Below, piece after piece: positions 1-7,943 of a stretch of 34,466 bases of DNA. Numbering within the stretch: position 1 is the stretch's first letter; every line of letters starts with the position of its first letter. The notes under the pieces are model-generated. The model was not told the origin of the DNA and ran no database searches. It worked only from the letters and a program-made list of their open reading frames with translations. The DNA is from Actinomycetota bacterium. GTDB lineage: Bacteria > Actinomycetota > Acidimicrobiia > Spongiisociales > UBA5794. The DNA lies in assembly GCA_039714175.1 (NCBI GenBank), contig JBDLJV010000003.1, forward strand, positions 1 to 34,466, written 5' to 3'. Both the position numbers and the translations under genes were made by a program.

Positions 1-105
1 GTTCTCCTCGACGTTCTTTCCGACGAGGCCCCACGTGACGCCCTCCGGACTGAGGAAGTCGTTCTGTGGATCCGTTATGACGAGGGCTGTTGCGTTGTTG
101 CCCAT
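1..105 (-). CDS. isochorismatase-family cysteine hydrolase (N-terminal part; runs off the window start)
   Basis: Not in the ORF track. Manual translation from ATG 105 gives MGNNATALVITDPQNDFLSPEGVTWGLVGKNVEEN, and TALVITDPQNDF is the N-terminal catalytic-Asp motif of the family. A purine-rich RBS (GAAGGGA) lies upstream. Confidence 0.85.
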   Translation of the reverse strand, partial: MGNNATALVITDPQNDFLSPEGVTWGLVGKNVEEN

Positions 106-235
106 TGTTCCGTTCCCTTCTGACCCGTGTGGGCCATTGCATCGGAACAGGTTCTCGGATGTCGGGTCCGATTTGGTACTTCAGATGTGCGAAATCGTCC
201 AGACACGCTCCAATCGGCTTCGGTAGCATGGTCTG

Positions 236-1162
236 ATGCTCCTGGATCGTCTCATGAAGGACCTGCACGTCTCAGTCGGTCCTTTCGCCATGTGCGAGAT
301 CGCAAGCGGGTCCCGGCTCACAATCGGTGAACTCGGCTGGGTAACGATCCATTTCGTGCTCGCAGGATCGGGGCACGTCAGCATGGGAAGGGCTCGCGGC
401 CCTGAGATCTCCAAATACACGCTCGCCCTTGTGAAGCGGAGGCACATTCTGGAGGGTTCGGGAGGCGATGACACACCAGCAGAAGGTCTCAGCATTCCGG
501 GTGGCGAGCGCCTGATCGGCGACCCTCCCGGCAACGCTGATTTCGTGGTTGCCTGCGGTCGTATCCAGGCCGCGTACGGTGAAGGCCTCAGCCTCTTTGA
601 CGGCATCGACGATCCAATCCTCGAGGACTTCTCCGACTCGAAGACCATGCGTCTCCTCTTCGAGATGATCCTCTCCGAATCCGGGGAGCACACCGAGGGC
701 AGCCTCGGCATGATCGAAGCCCTCATGCGCCAATGCTTGGTGCTACTCCTCCGACGACTCAAGGAGACCAACGACAGCAGGCTCACGTTCCTCGATGGTC
801 TTCAGGATGCACGCATGAGCGCGGCGATCGCTGAGGTCCTCGACGATCCCGCTTACCCGCACACGGTTCAGTCGATGGCGTCGGCGGCAATGATGAGCCG
901 CTCGGCATTCTCGGACCGATTCAGGAAGTGCTTCAACGACACACCTATGGCATTTGTCCGGCAGGTCCGGTTGCGGCAGTCAGCAGAGATGCTCCGCACG
1001 ACGCAGAGGTCCATCAGCGCCGTCGCGGCAGCGACCGGTTTCTCAAGCCGGAGCCATTTTTCCCAATCGTTCTCCACTGCATTCGGAGTACCGCCGGGCG
1101 AATTCAGGAGACGAGTCGGACAGGATTCGCCCGTCTCCTCCCCGGTCGAGATGCCAGCCTGA
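236..1162 (+). CDS. AraC family transcriptional regulator (cupin N-domain)
   Basis: C-terminal double HTH (MSRSAFSDRFRKCFNDTPM ... GFSSRSHFSQSFSTAFGVPPGEFR); divergent from the hydrolase gene. Confidence 0.93.
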   Translation: MLLDRLMKDLHVSVGPFAMCEIASGSRLTIGELGWVTIHFVLAGSGHVSMGRARGPEISKYTLALVKRRHILEGSGGDDTPAEGLSIPGGERLIGDPPGNADFVVACGRIQAAYGEGLSLFDGIDDPILEDFSDSKTMRLLFEMILSESGEHTEGSLGMIEALMRQCLVLLLRRLKETNDSRLTFLDGLQDARMSAAIAEVLDDPAYPHTVQSMASAAMMSRSAFSDRFRKCFNDTPMAFVRQVRLRQSAEMLRTTQRSISAVAAATGFSSRSHFSQSFSTAFGVPPGEFRRRVGQDSPVSSPVEMPA

Positions 1163-1386
1163 TACGAGGTTTCTCGCGTTCTCCCGTCATGGCGTTGTCG
1201 TGAGACGTCGACGCGCGGTCACGGGCCCCTGCAGCTGTTGCGATCGAGAATCGACTCAGTGACGCGACCGATGTCCGAGGCATCTCGTACCTGCGTTGCT
1301 CATCAACGCGGGCATGCGGTGACATCACGCTCCATTCGGTGTAACAAACACTGACCACAGCAATGGAACCACGAAATGAATGCCCC

Positions 1387-1414
1387 TTGACGGTTGTCGA
1401 GTCGCGTGTAGCGT
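1387..1414 (+). promoter_or_regulatory. putative housekeeping-sigma promoter
   Basis: TTGACG-N16-TAGCGT about 60 bp upstream of ATG 1474. Confidence 0.35.
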
Positions 1415-1473
1415 TGGTTTTGGCTTGGACCAGGACACGGTGGGCACCCACTCACAAGAGAAGGGACCCAACA

Positions 1474-3234
1474 ATGTCGTCCACGAAACGACGCGTCGCT
1501 GCCACTGCAGCAGCGTTCGCACTCACTCTCCTACTGGTTTCCCCTGCGGCGGCAGCCACACCCGCTTCGGAAACCGTCCACGTCGAACTCGGCTTCAGCA
1601 CTGAAGTGGCCATCAGCGAGGTCGAGGCCGACGACATGCTTGGCATCAATTGGGAGTTCTCGGTTGACGCTGTCGGCGAGATCCGGGTCGACCTGGGAGC
1701 CGATATCACGATCAGTTACGATCGCGAGGACCTCGTTCCGGGCGGAACCGTACCGGTCGACGTGACGTTCCAACCAACAAACGACGCCAGTGTCGAACTC
1801 GATCTCGATGTGACCGCCGATCTGGTTGCGGATTTCGATGTCGACGCAGGCACATTCGTCGCTGCATGCCTGCCATTCTCACCGCTGCTCCCACTGTGCC
1901 CGTTCCTCGTGTCCCTGGATTCGATCGATGAGGAGCTCGAATCCTTCAATCTCGTGGGAACCACCGGTCACTTCACCGCGCCGATGGGTGGCGACGCCGC
2001 TGTTGTTCTCCCTGCCTCCGGCGACACCGCGACTCTGAGCTTCGCCGGACTCGATGTCATCAGCGCGCAGGTTGTCGGTGATATCACGCTTGGACCGGTG
2101 GCCCCTGGAGGCTTCCCCGGTCTCGGCGGAGCAGCCACGGTTGCAACGGTCGGCAACGCGACGCTTGTCGGCGGCGAGCTTCCGGGTATCGCAGACGTGT
2201 TGGAGTGGAGCTCTGCCGGGTCGGTCCAGACCGTAACTCTCCAGATTCCCGCAACTCCCGGCGACGATGTCGGCATCGATCTCCAGCCGATCTACCACTG
2301 GCTCAGCACGGCGGCAACGCTGGACCTCAACCTCGATTTCGAGGGCGTCTTCAGCATCCTTCCCGATCCGGACAACATCACGTTGATCTCGGGGAGCCTC
2401 GGACAGATGTTCGTCGATGAAGGAATCGACGTGATGATCGGCGACGCTGTTGAGGCTGCCATCGGCATCGATCCCGGGTTCGCAGCCCAGGTTGCCGCAG
2501 GCAACATCCCTGTGCCGCTGACAGATCCGCCGATCGCCGAGTTTCCCCCAGCGCCAACACTCGACGGTGTCGGATTCACTATCGACCTCGATGCTGATGA
2601 CGATGGACTCCTCGACGGAGAGGAGATCGCCTTGGGACTCGATCCCGATGACGACGACTCCGACGACGACGGGTTAAGTGACGGCGACGAAGTCAACATC
2701 CACGGAACCGACCCACTCGACCCCGACACCGACGACGACGGACTAAGCGACGGCGACGAAGTCAACATCCACGGAACCGACCCACTCGACCCCGACACCG
2801 ACGACGACGGACTAAGCGACGGCGACGAAGTCAACATCCACGGAACCGACCCACTCGACCCCGACACCGACAATGACGGACTCGACGACGGACTCGAAGT
2901 GGAATTCGGTACCGATCCGCTCGATTCGGATACTGACGACGACGGCATCCCTGATGGACAGGACACAGAGTTCATCGAGAACGCCATCAATGGTCTGAGT
3001 GACGATTCGTTCACCGGACCCGGGAATCGAACGGCGACGATTGCTCGTCTTGTAGCGGCCCAACGCGCCGTCGCGAGAGGTAATCACGCCCAAGCCATAC
3101 ACATGCTCGAGAACCTGAGGATGCGTCTCGATGGGTGTGGTGCGGCACCCGATGCCAACGACTGGATCGTCGATTGCGACGATCAACTGCTGATCCGGTC
3201 GCTCGTAGATCTGCTCATCAGCAACCTCACCTGA
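1474..3234 (+). CDS. secreted acidic protein with bacterial thrombospondin type-3-like Ca-binding repeats
   Basis: RBS AGAAGGGA before ATG 1474; signal peptide MSSTKRRVAATAAAFALTLLLVSPAAAA; tandem DxDDDGLxDGxE repeats; C-terminal helical domain with a Cys pair. Confidence 0.85.
   Translation: MSSTKRRVAATAAAFALTLLLVSPAAAATPASETVHVELGFSTEVAISEVEADDMLGINWEFSVDAVGEIRVDLGADITISYDREDLVPGGTVPVDVTFQPTNDASVELDLDVTADLVADFDVDAGTFVAACLPFSPLLPLCPFLVSLDSIDEELESFNLVGTTGHFTAPMGGDAAVVLPASGDTATLSFAGLDVISAQVVGDITLGPVAPGGFPGLGGAATVATVGNATLVGGELPGIADVLEWSSAGSVQTVTLQIPATPGDDVGIDLQPIYHWLSTAATLDLNLDFEGVFSILPDPDNITLISGSLGQMFVDEGIDVMIGDAVEAAIGIDPGFAAQVAAGNIPVPLTDPPIAEFPPAPTLDGVGFTIDLDADDDGLLDGEEIALGLDPDDDDSDDDGLSDGDEVNIHGTDPLDPDTDDDGLSDGDEVNIHGTDPLDPDTDDDGLSDGDEVNIHGTDPLDPDTDNDGLDDGLEVEFGTDPLDSDTDDDGIPDGQDTEFIENAINGLSDDSFTGPGNRTATIARLVAAQRAVARGNHAQAIHMLENLRMRLDGCGAAPDANDWIVDCDDQLLIRSLVDLLISNLT
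2662..2868 (+). repeat. 69-bp tandem repeat x3 (DDDGLSDGDEVNIHGTDPLDPDT)
   Basis: Units at 2662-2730, 2731-2799 and 2800-2868. Units 2 and 3 are identical; unit 1 differs by 3 synonymous changes. Degenerate units flank the block. Confidence 0.97.
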
Positions 3235-3247
3235 GCAACGCCGGTTT

Positions 3248-3281
3248 GATGCAGCGTCCCAGCCTGACGGGGCGCTGCATC
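3248..3281. terminator. hairpin between convergent genes
   Basis: GATGCAGCGTCCC-N8-GGGGCGCTGCATC, a 13-bp stem with one G:U pair. Confidence 0.7.
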
Positions 3282-3326
3282 TCCGGACGATACGGAATAT
3301 CTGAGTGACTCTGAAGGGGGCTGGCG

Positions 3327-4580
3327 TCAGGACTCGGTGGTTTCGGTCTCGACGCGAGAGCGACGTCGAAGCGACCGAAAACCAGCAGCGATCAACGTGA
3401 TCGAGACAGCGAGGACTCCCATGATGAAGGCGGGGCCGCGCCAATCCGCTGCCGACCCCTCCGACGTCAACAGAGTCTCATTCGTTCGCGCCCACGGTGG
3501 ACCTCCCCGTCCCGACGGAGGCGAGGGCGTGGCAACAGCTGGTGCCGTGTCCTCCCATGAACGGATGAACCCGACGACCGATTGAATCTCGGCTTCCGTC
3601 ATGCGATCACCCCACGCTGGCATGGGTGTGCCGGGTACTCCAAGCGTCACAATCTGTTCGATCGCAGCATCAGATGCTTCTCCGAGGAAGCCTTCGACAT
3701 TGAGCGCTGGGATACGCATGGTGCCCTGCCCTTCGACACCGTGGCACGTCGAACAGTTGTCGGCGTACAGGGTTTCTCCAAGGGCAAGTGACTCCTCGGT
3801 CGTGGCGATCGGAACGTCAGGTGCAGGGACGGCACCGGAAGGAACCTCCTCCCAGCGAGCGATGAGTTGTGCGAGATCGTCGATCGTCTCGTCGTCGAGG
3901 CGTCCACCCCACGGAGCCATCAACGTGCCGGGTATCCCCAGTTCGATCGTGCGTGTTATCTCATCCGGTGTCTGCTCTCGTACATCCGGATCGTTCAGCG
4001 CTGGTGCAAGCCCCGTTCCGAGTCCATCCGCACCGTGACACGCCACGCATTCCGCGGCGTAGATGTCGACAGCGTGTTGGAGCGATGCGCCGCCGTCAAG
4101 CTCGCCCATCGACTCGTAGATGGCGGCGTCCGGCTCGGCGGAGAACGGGACAAGTGGGGCAAGACCAAGGTTCACAACCCGATCACCGACCTCATCCCAG
4201 TTCCCGTAGTTGATGAGTGAGACAAGCTCCGACACCTGGTAGTCGCTGAACGGCCCGCCATCGTCAATCGACCAAGCCGGCATCGCCGTACCAGGCTGTC
4301 CCCGAGCGATGATCTTGCTCAGCATGTCCTCGTCGGCAGCGCGGAGTGCTTCGTCGTTGAGCGGCGGATTCGATCCGATGCCTTCACCACTGAGGCCGTG
4401 GCAAACCGAGCACTGTTGTGCGTACAAGTTCATGGCGTCGTCGATCTGCTCATCGAGGATCTGGTCGGCGGCGGTAACGACCCGGTCCGGTTCGTCCACA
4501 ATCGCGATGCCGAGGGCGATGGTGAGGGCGACTCCTGCGACCAACCCGACGCCTATCTCGATGCTCCTTGTTCTGGTCAT
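3327..4580 (-). CDS. membrane-anchored triheme c-type cytochrome (three class I domains)
   Basis: CSVCH, CVACH and CSTCH, each followed by a PGTxM Met-ligand motif; hydrophobic helices at both termini. Confidence 0.93.
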   Translation of the reverse strand: MTRTRSIEIGVGLVAGVALTIALGIAIVDEPDRVVTAADQILDEQIDDAMNLYAQQCSVCHGLSGEGIGSNPPLNDEALRAADEDMLSKIIARGQPGTAMPAWSIDDGGPFSDYQVSELVSLINYGNWDEVGDRVVNLGLAPLVPFSAEPDAAIYESMGELDGGASLQHAVDIYAAECVACHGADGLGTGLAPALNDPDVREQTPDEITRTIELGIPGTLMAPWGGRLDDETIDDLAQLIARWEEVPSGAVPAPDVPIATTEESLALGETLYADNCSTCHGVEGQGTMRIPALNVEGFLGEASDAAIEQIVTLGVPGTPMPAWGDRMTEAEIQSVVGFIRSWEDTAPAVATPSPPSGRGGPPWARTNETLLTSEGSAADWRGPAFIMGVLAVSITLIAAGFRSLRRRSRVETETTES

Positions 4581-5086
4581 GCGTACACCGCCTGAGACGG
4601 ATCGAAGTCATCCCGCGAGATCGTGGTTCCGGTGTCCACGGACACGATGTCGCCCTCGATCGAGACGGAGAACAGGTCGAGCGGTCGGGGGGCGGGCGGG
4701 TTCAAGACGTCACCGGTGTCGTCGAATTGGGAGTTGTGGCAGGGACAGATGAACTGCCCGGCCGCCTGATCCCACGGCACGGTGCATCCAAGGTGCGTGC
4801 ACCGCTGGTGCAGAGCCAGGAACCCACCGTCGTCAAGACGAGCGATGTAGAAGCGACCGTTCGGAATGTGCGTGATCGATCCCGTCGGGAAGTCGTCGAC
4901 GGCACCCACAGCGATGACGCCCCCGAAATCCCCTTCGGCGACTCTCGGTTGCGCGTAGCGGAAGCCGATCGTGCCGATCTCCGCAACGGCGAGCGCCCCA
5001 ACGGCGATGCCGCTGTACTTGAGGAATGACCGGCGGTCGATCCTGCGGGCACCTTCTCGTTCGATCTCGATTTGTTGTTCGTTCAT
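4577..5086 (-). CDS. Rieske [2Fe-2S] subunit of a Rieske/cytochrome b complex
   Basis: Start at MNEQQ (ATG 5086); Tat motif DRRSFLK plus TM helix; boxes CTHLGC and CPCHNS; PPAPRPL motif; ATGA overlap with the cyt c gene. Confidence 0.93.
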   Translation of the reverse strand: MNEQQIEIEREGARRIDRRSFLKYSGIAVGALAVAEIGTIGFRYAQPRVAEGDFGGVIAVGAVDDFPTGSITHIPNGRFYIARLDDGGFLALHQRCTHLGCTVPWDQAAGQFICPCHNSQFDDTGDVLNPPAPRPLDLFSVSIEGDIVSVDTGTTISRDDFDPSQAVYA

Positions 5087-5093
5087 GTAGTTC

Positions 5094-6491
5094 TCAGTGT
5101 GGAGAGGGCATCGACCAGGGCCAGAACAGTTCCATGCCGGGACCTCGGAAGAAGACGCCGACCACGGTGAGGACGACGAGGGAGACGGCAAGGAAGGTGA
5201 AGAGGAACAGCACCCGCTCCTCGAGGGTGCCACCGAGCCCTTTCTCGATCCAGAGGTCGAGGAGCGCCAGAACCACGACAACGGTGGCGAGCGGGAGGAA
5301 TCCGTTGGACAGCACGGTCGGCCACGTGTCGAGCCACACCGACCAGTCGAGGTACCGATCGTCGATAACGATCCAGGCGGAGGTGAGGACGAGGGACAGT
5401 CCGGCTGCGATCGCCCCAAGAGACCGCCCCCGCCGTGATCGGAACCAGATTCCTTCGTGTAGCGCGTCGTGGTCGAGGAACGGCAGCGAGAAGAACCCGG
5501 CAAGGGCGAGGCCCGGGATGACGATCGCTGCCACGAACGGATGGAAATGGACGAGCAGCTCCTGGATGCCCATGAAGTACCACGGTGCCTTCGCCGGATT
5601 CGGGCTCACCGCAGGGTCAGCAATGCCTTCGAGTGGTGCTGGGACAAATACCGAGAAGGTGACGACGATGGCGATCCATGCGAGTGCCCACACAGTCTCA
5701 CGCCGGACAAGGTGAGGAATCGTGGTGACGCGTGTTGGCCGTTCGTCCATCTCCTCATCGACTGCGCGAGGGATCGTCAAGCCTCCGTCCTTGCGGACCC
5801 GCCAGAAGTGCAGTGCCATCAGCAGGAAGATGGACAGCGGGATGAACGAGATATGCAGCGCGTAGAAATGGAGGAGTGTCGTGCCCGATACCTCCGGGCC
5901 GCCGAGAAGAAGCGACTCGATACTCCCGCCCACAAGCGGTATGTATGTGATGAGGCTTGTTCCGACCGTGATCGCCCAATAGGCAAGTTGGTCCCACGGC
6001 AACAGGTAACCGGTGAAGTTGGCGCCGAGGATGAGCAGGAGCATCACAACGCCGAAGATCCAGTTGACCTCCCGCGGAGGCCGGTAGGCACCGGTGAAGA
6101 AGACCCGCAGCAGATGGAGGACGGCAACAACGATGAGCAGATTCGCGGACCAGTGGTGGATGTTGCGCAGCAGTTCACCGAACCAGATGTTCGAACGAAG
6201 GTTCAGGATGGACAGATAGGCATCGGGGGCCGTCGGCGTGTAGTTCACGAGGAGGAGCACACCTGTAGCCACGAGCAGGGTGACAAGGAGCGCAGCCAGA
6301 CCGCCGAGACCCCACGTGTACGTCCATTTCAGCGTCCTTTTGGGAATCCTCGCCGGATGGAGATGGAGAACAAGCGTGTCAAGCACAAGCCTGGACCGTG
6401 CGCGATCGTTGCTCGGGACACCGGGAGGTGCCAGACGCTTGCGCGCCCGATCGAATCCCGACTGCTCATCGTCGAGGACGCTGTTGCTCAT
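5094..6491 (-). CDS. cytochrome b (b6-like N-domain fused to subunit IV-like domain)
   Basis: Four heme His (RNIHHWSAN...LHLLRVF and FYALH...LHFWR); TGYLLPWDQLAYWA; NPAKAPWYF in place of PEWY. Start uncertain (6491-6551). Confidence 0.93.
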   Translation of the reverse strand: MSNSVLDDEQSGFDRARKRLAPPGVPSNDRARSRLVLDTLVLHLHPARIPKRTLKWTYTWGLGGLAALLVTLLVATGVLLLVNYTPTAPDAYLSILNLRSNIWFGELLRNIHHWSANLLIVVAVLHLLRVFFTGAYRPPREVNWIFGVVMLLLILGANFTGYLLPWDQLAYWAITVGTSLITYIPLVGGSIESLLLGGPEVSGTTLLHFYALHISFIPLSIFLLMALHFWRVRKDGGLTIPRAVDEEMDERPTRVTTIPHLVRRETVWALAWIAIVVTFSVFVPAPLEGIADPAVSPNPAKAPWYFMGIQELLVHFHPFVAAIVIPGLALAGFFSLPFLDHDALHEGIWFRSRRGRSLGAIAAGLSLVLTSAWIVIDDRYLDWSVWLDTWPTVLSNGFLPLATVVVVLALLDLWIEKGLGGTLEERVLFLFTFLAVSLVVLTVVGVFFRGPGMELFWPWSMPSPH

Positions 6492-6621
6492 CTCGTTGTT
6501 CCATTGCCGATCATGACGGCCCTCAGGCAAGCGCGACAGCATGGAGTCCACGCGTCGTTCACATGTTGATTCTGTGAAGCTTGATTCGGCTGATCTTCGC
6601 CTCCCTCAGCCGAGAGCCCGG

Positions 6622-6668
6622 TTCACGCCTTCATCGAACCTTCACACACGCGATCGCCCATCGTTCAT
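6622..6668. promoter_or_regulatory. TTCAY direct repeats, candidate OmpR-family binding boxes
   Basis: TTCAC 6622, TTCAT 6630, TTCAC 6641 (CCTTCA repeated at 11-bp spacing) and TTCAT 6664 in the divergent intergenic region near the OmpR-type regulator. Confidence 0.45.
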
Positions 6669-6710
6669 AGCCATGCGGTTACCTACAACTGACGAATGAA
6701 AGGATTTCTC

Positions 6711-7193
6711 ATGATTCGCAAGCTCGCCCTCGGAGTTGGAGCGACGCTCCTCATCATCGGGCTACCCGCTATGGCGCTCGCCGTCTCCAGAAGCCACAAC
6801 GAAACCGCAGCCGCCCTTGTGCAGGAACGCTACGAGCAGACGGAACAGACCCAGACACAGGATCCGGCAGCGGTTCCCCAGGACCAGGTCCAGATGCGAC
6901 AACGGCTACAGGTCCACGCCGAGACCGGACCCCCGACCGATGATTACGAACCGACACAGGCACGTCAGCGCCTCCACGAGCAGTCCCAGGTCAGTGCCCA
7001 GGATTACAGCGGGGACGCGGTCAAGGGCCAGCAGTACCGCGGCGGCGGTCAAGGTGGCCACGGCCAGGGAGGCCACGGGCAGGACGGCAAGAACGGCGGC
7101 GGACAGCACGGTAACTCGGATGGTTCCGGTACCGGTGAGTGCACGCACGAGGACGGCCCGGTGGGCAGTGGACCGTACGGAGGCACCGGCTGA
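6711..7193 (+). CDS. secreted Gln/Gly-rich low-complexity hypothetical protein
   Basis: RBS AAAGGA; signal peptide MIRKLALGVGATLLIIGLPAMALA; Q-rich middle and GGHGQ repeats. Confidence 0.8.
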   Translation: MIRKLALGVGATLLIIGLPAMALAVSRSHNETAAALVQERYEQTEQTQTQDPAAVPQDQVQMRQRLQVHAETGPPTDDYEPTQARQRLHEQSQVSAQDYSGDAVKGQQYRGGGQGGHGQGGHGQDGKNGGGQHGNSDGSGTGECTHEDGPVGSGPYGGTG

Positions 7194-7210
7194 ACCGAAT
7201 TCGCACCATC

Positions 7211-7241
7211 GGGGGAGGTCGCACCGGTCGCGTCCTCCCCC
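7211..7241 (+). terminator. GC-rich hairpin after the secreted protein gene
   Basis: GGGGGAGG...CCTCCCCC inverted repeat. Confidence 0.6.
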
Positions 7242-7256
7242 ATCTACGATTCCACC

Positions 7257-7943
7257 ATGGCACGCATTCTCGTCGTTGACGACGAACCCAAGATCCGCAA
7301 GATCGTCACCTCGTACCTTCGTCAGGAGGGCTTCGAGGTCGCGGAAGCGAACGACGGACCTTCTGCAGTCTCCCAGACGCAGCGACTCGATCCCGACGTC
7401 GTCATCCTCGACGTCATGTTGCCCGGGTTCGACGGCATCGAGGCACTCCGGCAGATTCGCACCACGTCGGATGTGTACGTGATCATGCTCACGGCTCGCA
7501 GTGAAGAGACCGACAAGCTGATCGGACTGTCGGTGGGTGCTGATGACTATGTCACCAAGCCGTTCAGCGCCAGAGAACTTGTCGCACGCGTCAAGGCTGT
7601 CCTCAGACGCAACCGCGCCACGGGCGTCGAGGCATCCGAACGTATCACTGTTTCCGGTCTCTCCCTCGACCATGCCACTCGCACCGTCACCGTCGACGAA
7701 ACGGCTGTTGACCTGACGGCTCTCGAATTCGACCTCCTCGCGGCACTTCTCGACGGACCCGGTCGTGTCTACAGCCGCGGGCAGCTCCTCGAGAAGGTTT
7801 GGGGATGGGACTTCTTCGGTGATGAACGCGTCGTCGACGTTCACATTCGGAAGATCCGCCAGAAGCTTGGCGACGATCCCAGCGATCCTCGATTCATCGC
7901 CACCGTCCGCGGTGTCGGCTATCGATTCGAGGGCGAGTCATGA
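7257..7943 (+). CDS. OmpR/PhoB family response regulator
   Basis: ILVVDDE, LDVMLPG, KPFS, and winged-helix VDVHIRKIRQKLG...TVRGVGY. Confidence 0.96.
   Translation: MARILVVDDEPKIRKIVTSYLRQEGFEVAEANDGPSAVSQTQRLDPDVVILDVMLPGFDGIEALRQIRTTSDVYVIMLTARSEETDKLIGLSVGADDYVTKPFSARELVARVKAVLRRNRATGVEASERITVSGLSLDHATRTVTVDETAVDLTALEFDLLAALLDGPGRVYSRGQLLEKVWGWDFFGDERVVDVHIRKIRQKLGDDPSDPRFIATVRGVGYRFEGES

Noticed and set aside
2662-2868. Possible CRISPR array
   Set aside because: The units are contiguous in-frame coding repeats with no unique spacers, and no cas genes are present.
5087-5503. N-terminal extension of the Rieske ORF
   Set aside because: Ser/Pro-rich alternate frame inside cyt b; the Tat motif follows ATG 5086.
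5469-6569. 366-aa plus-strand ORF
   Set aside because: Antisense shadow of cytochrome b, expected from high-GC codon bias; no motifs.
6558-6578. Rex or CRP/FNR site upstream of cyt b
   Set aside because: The half-sites are in the opposite order (TTCACA...TGTGAA) and the spacing does not fit either consensus.
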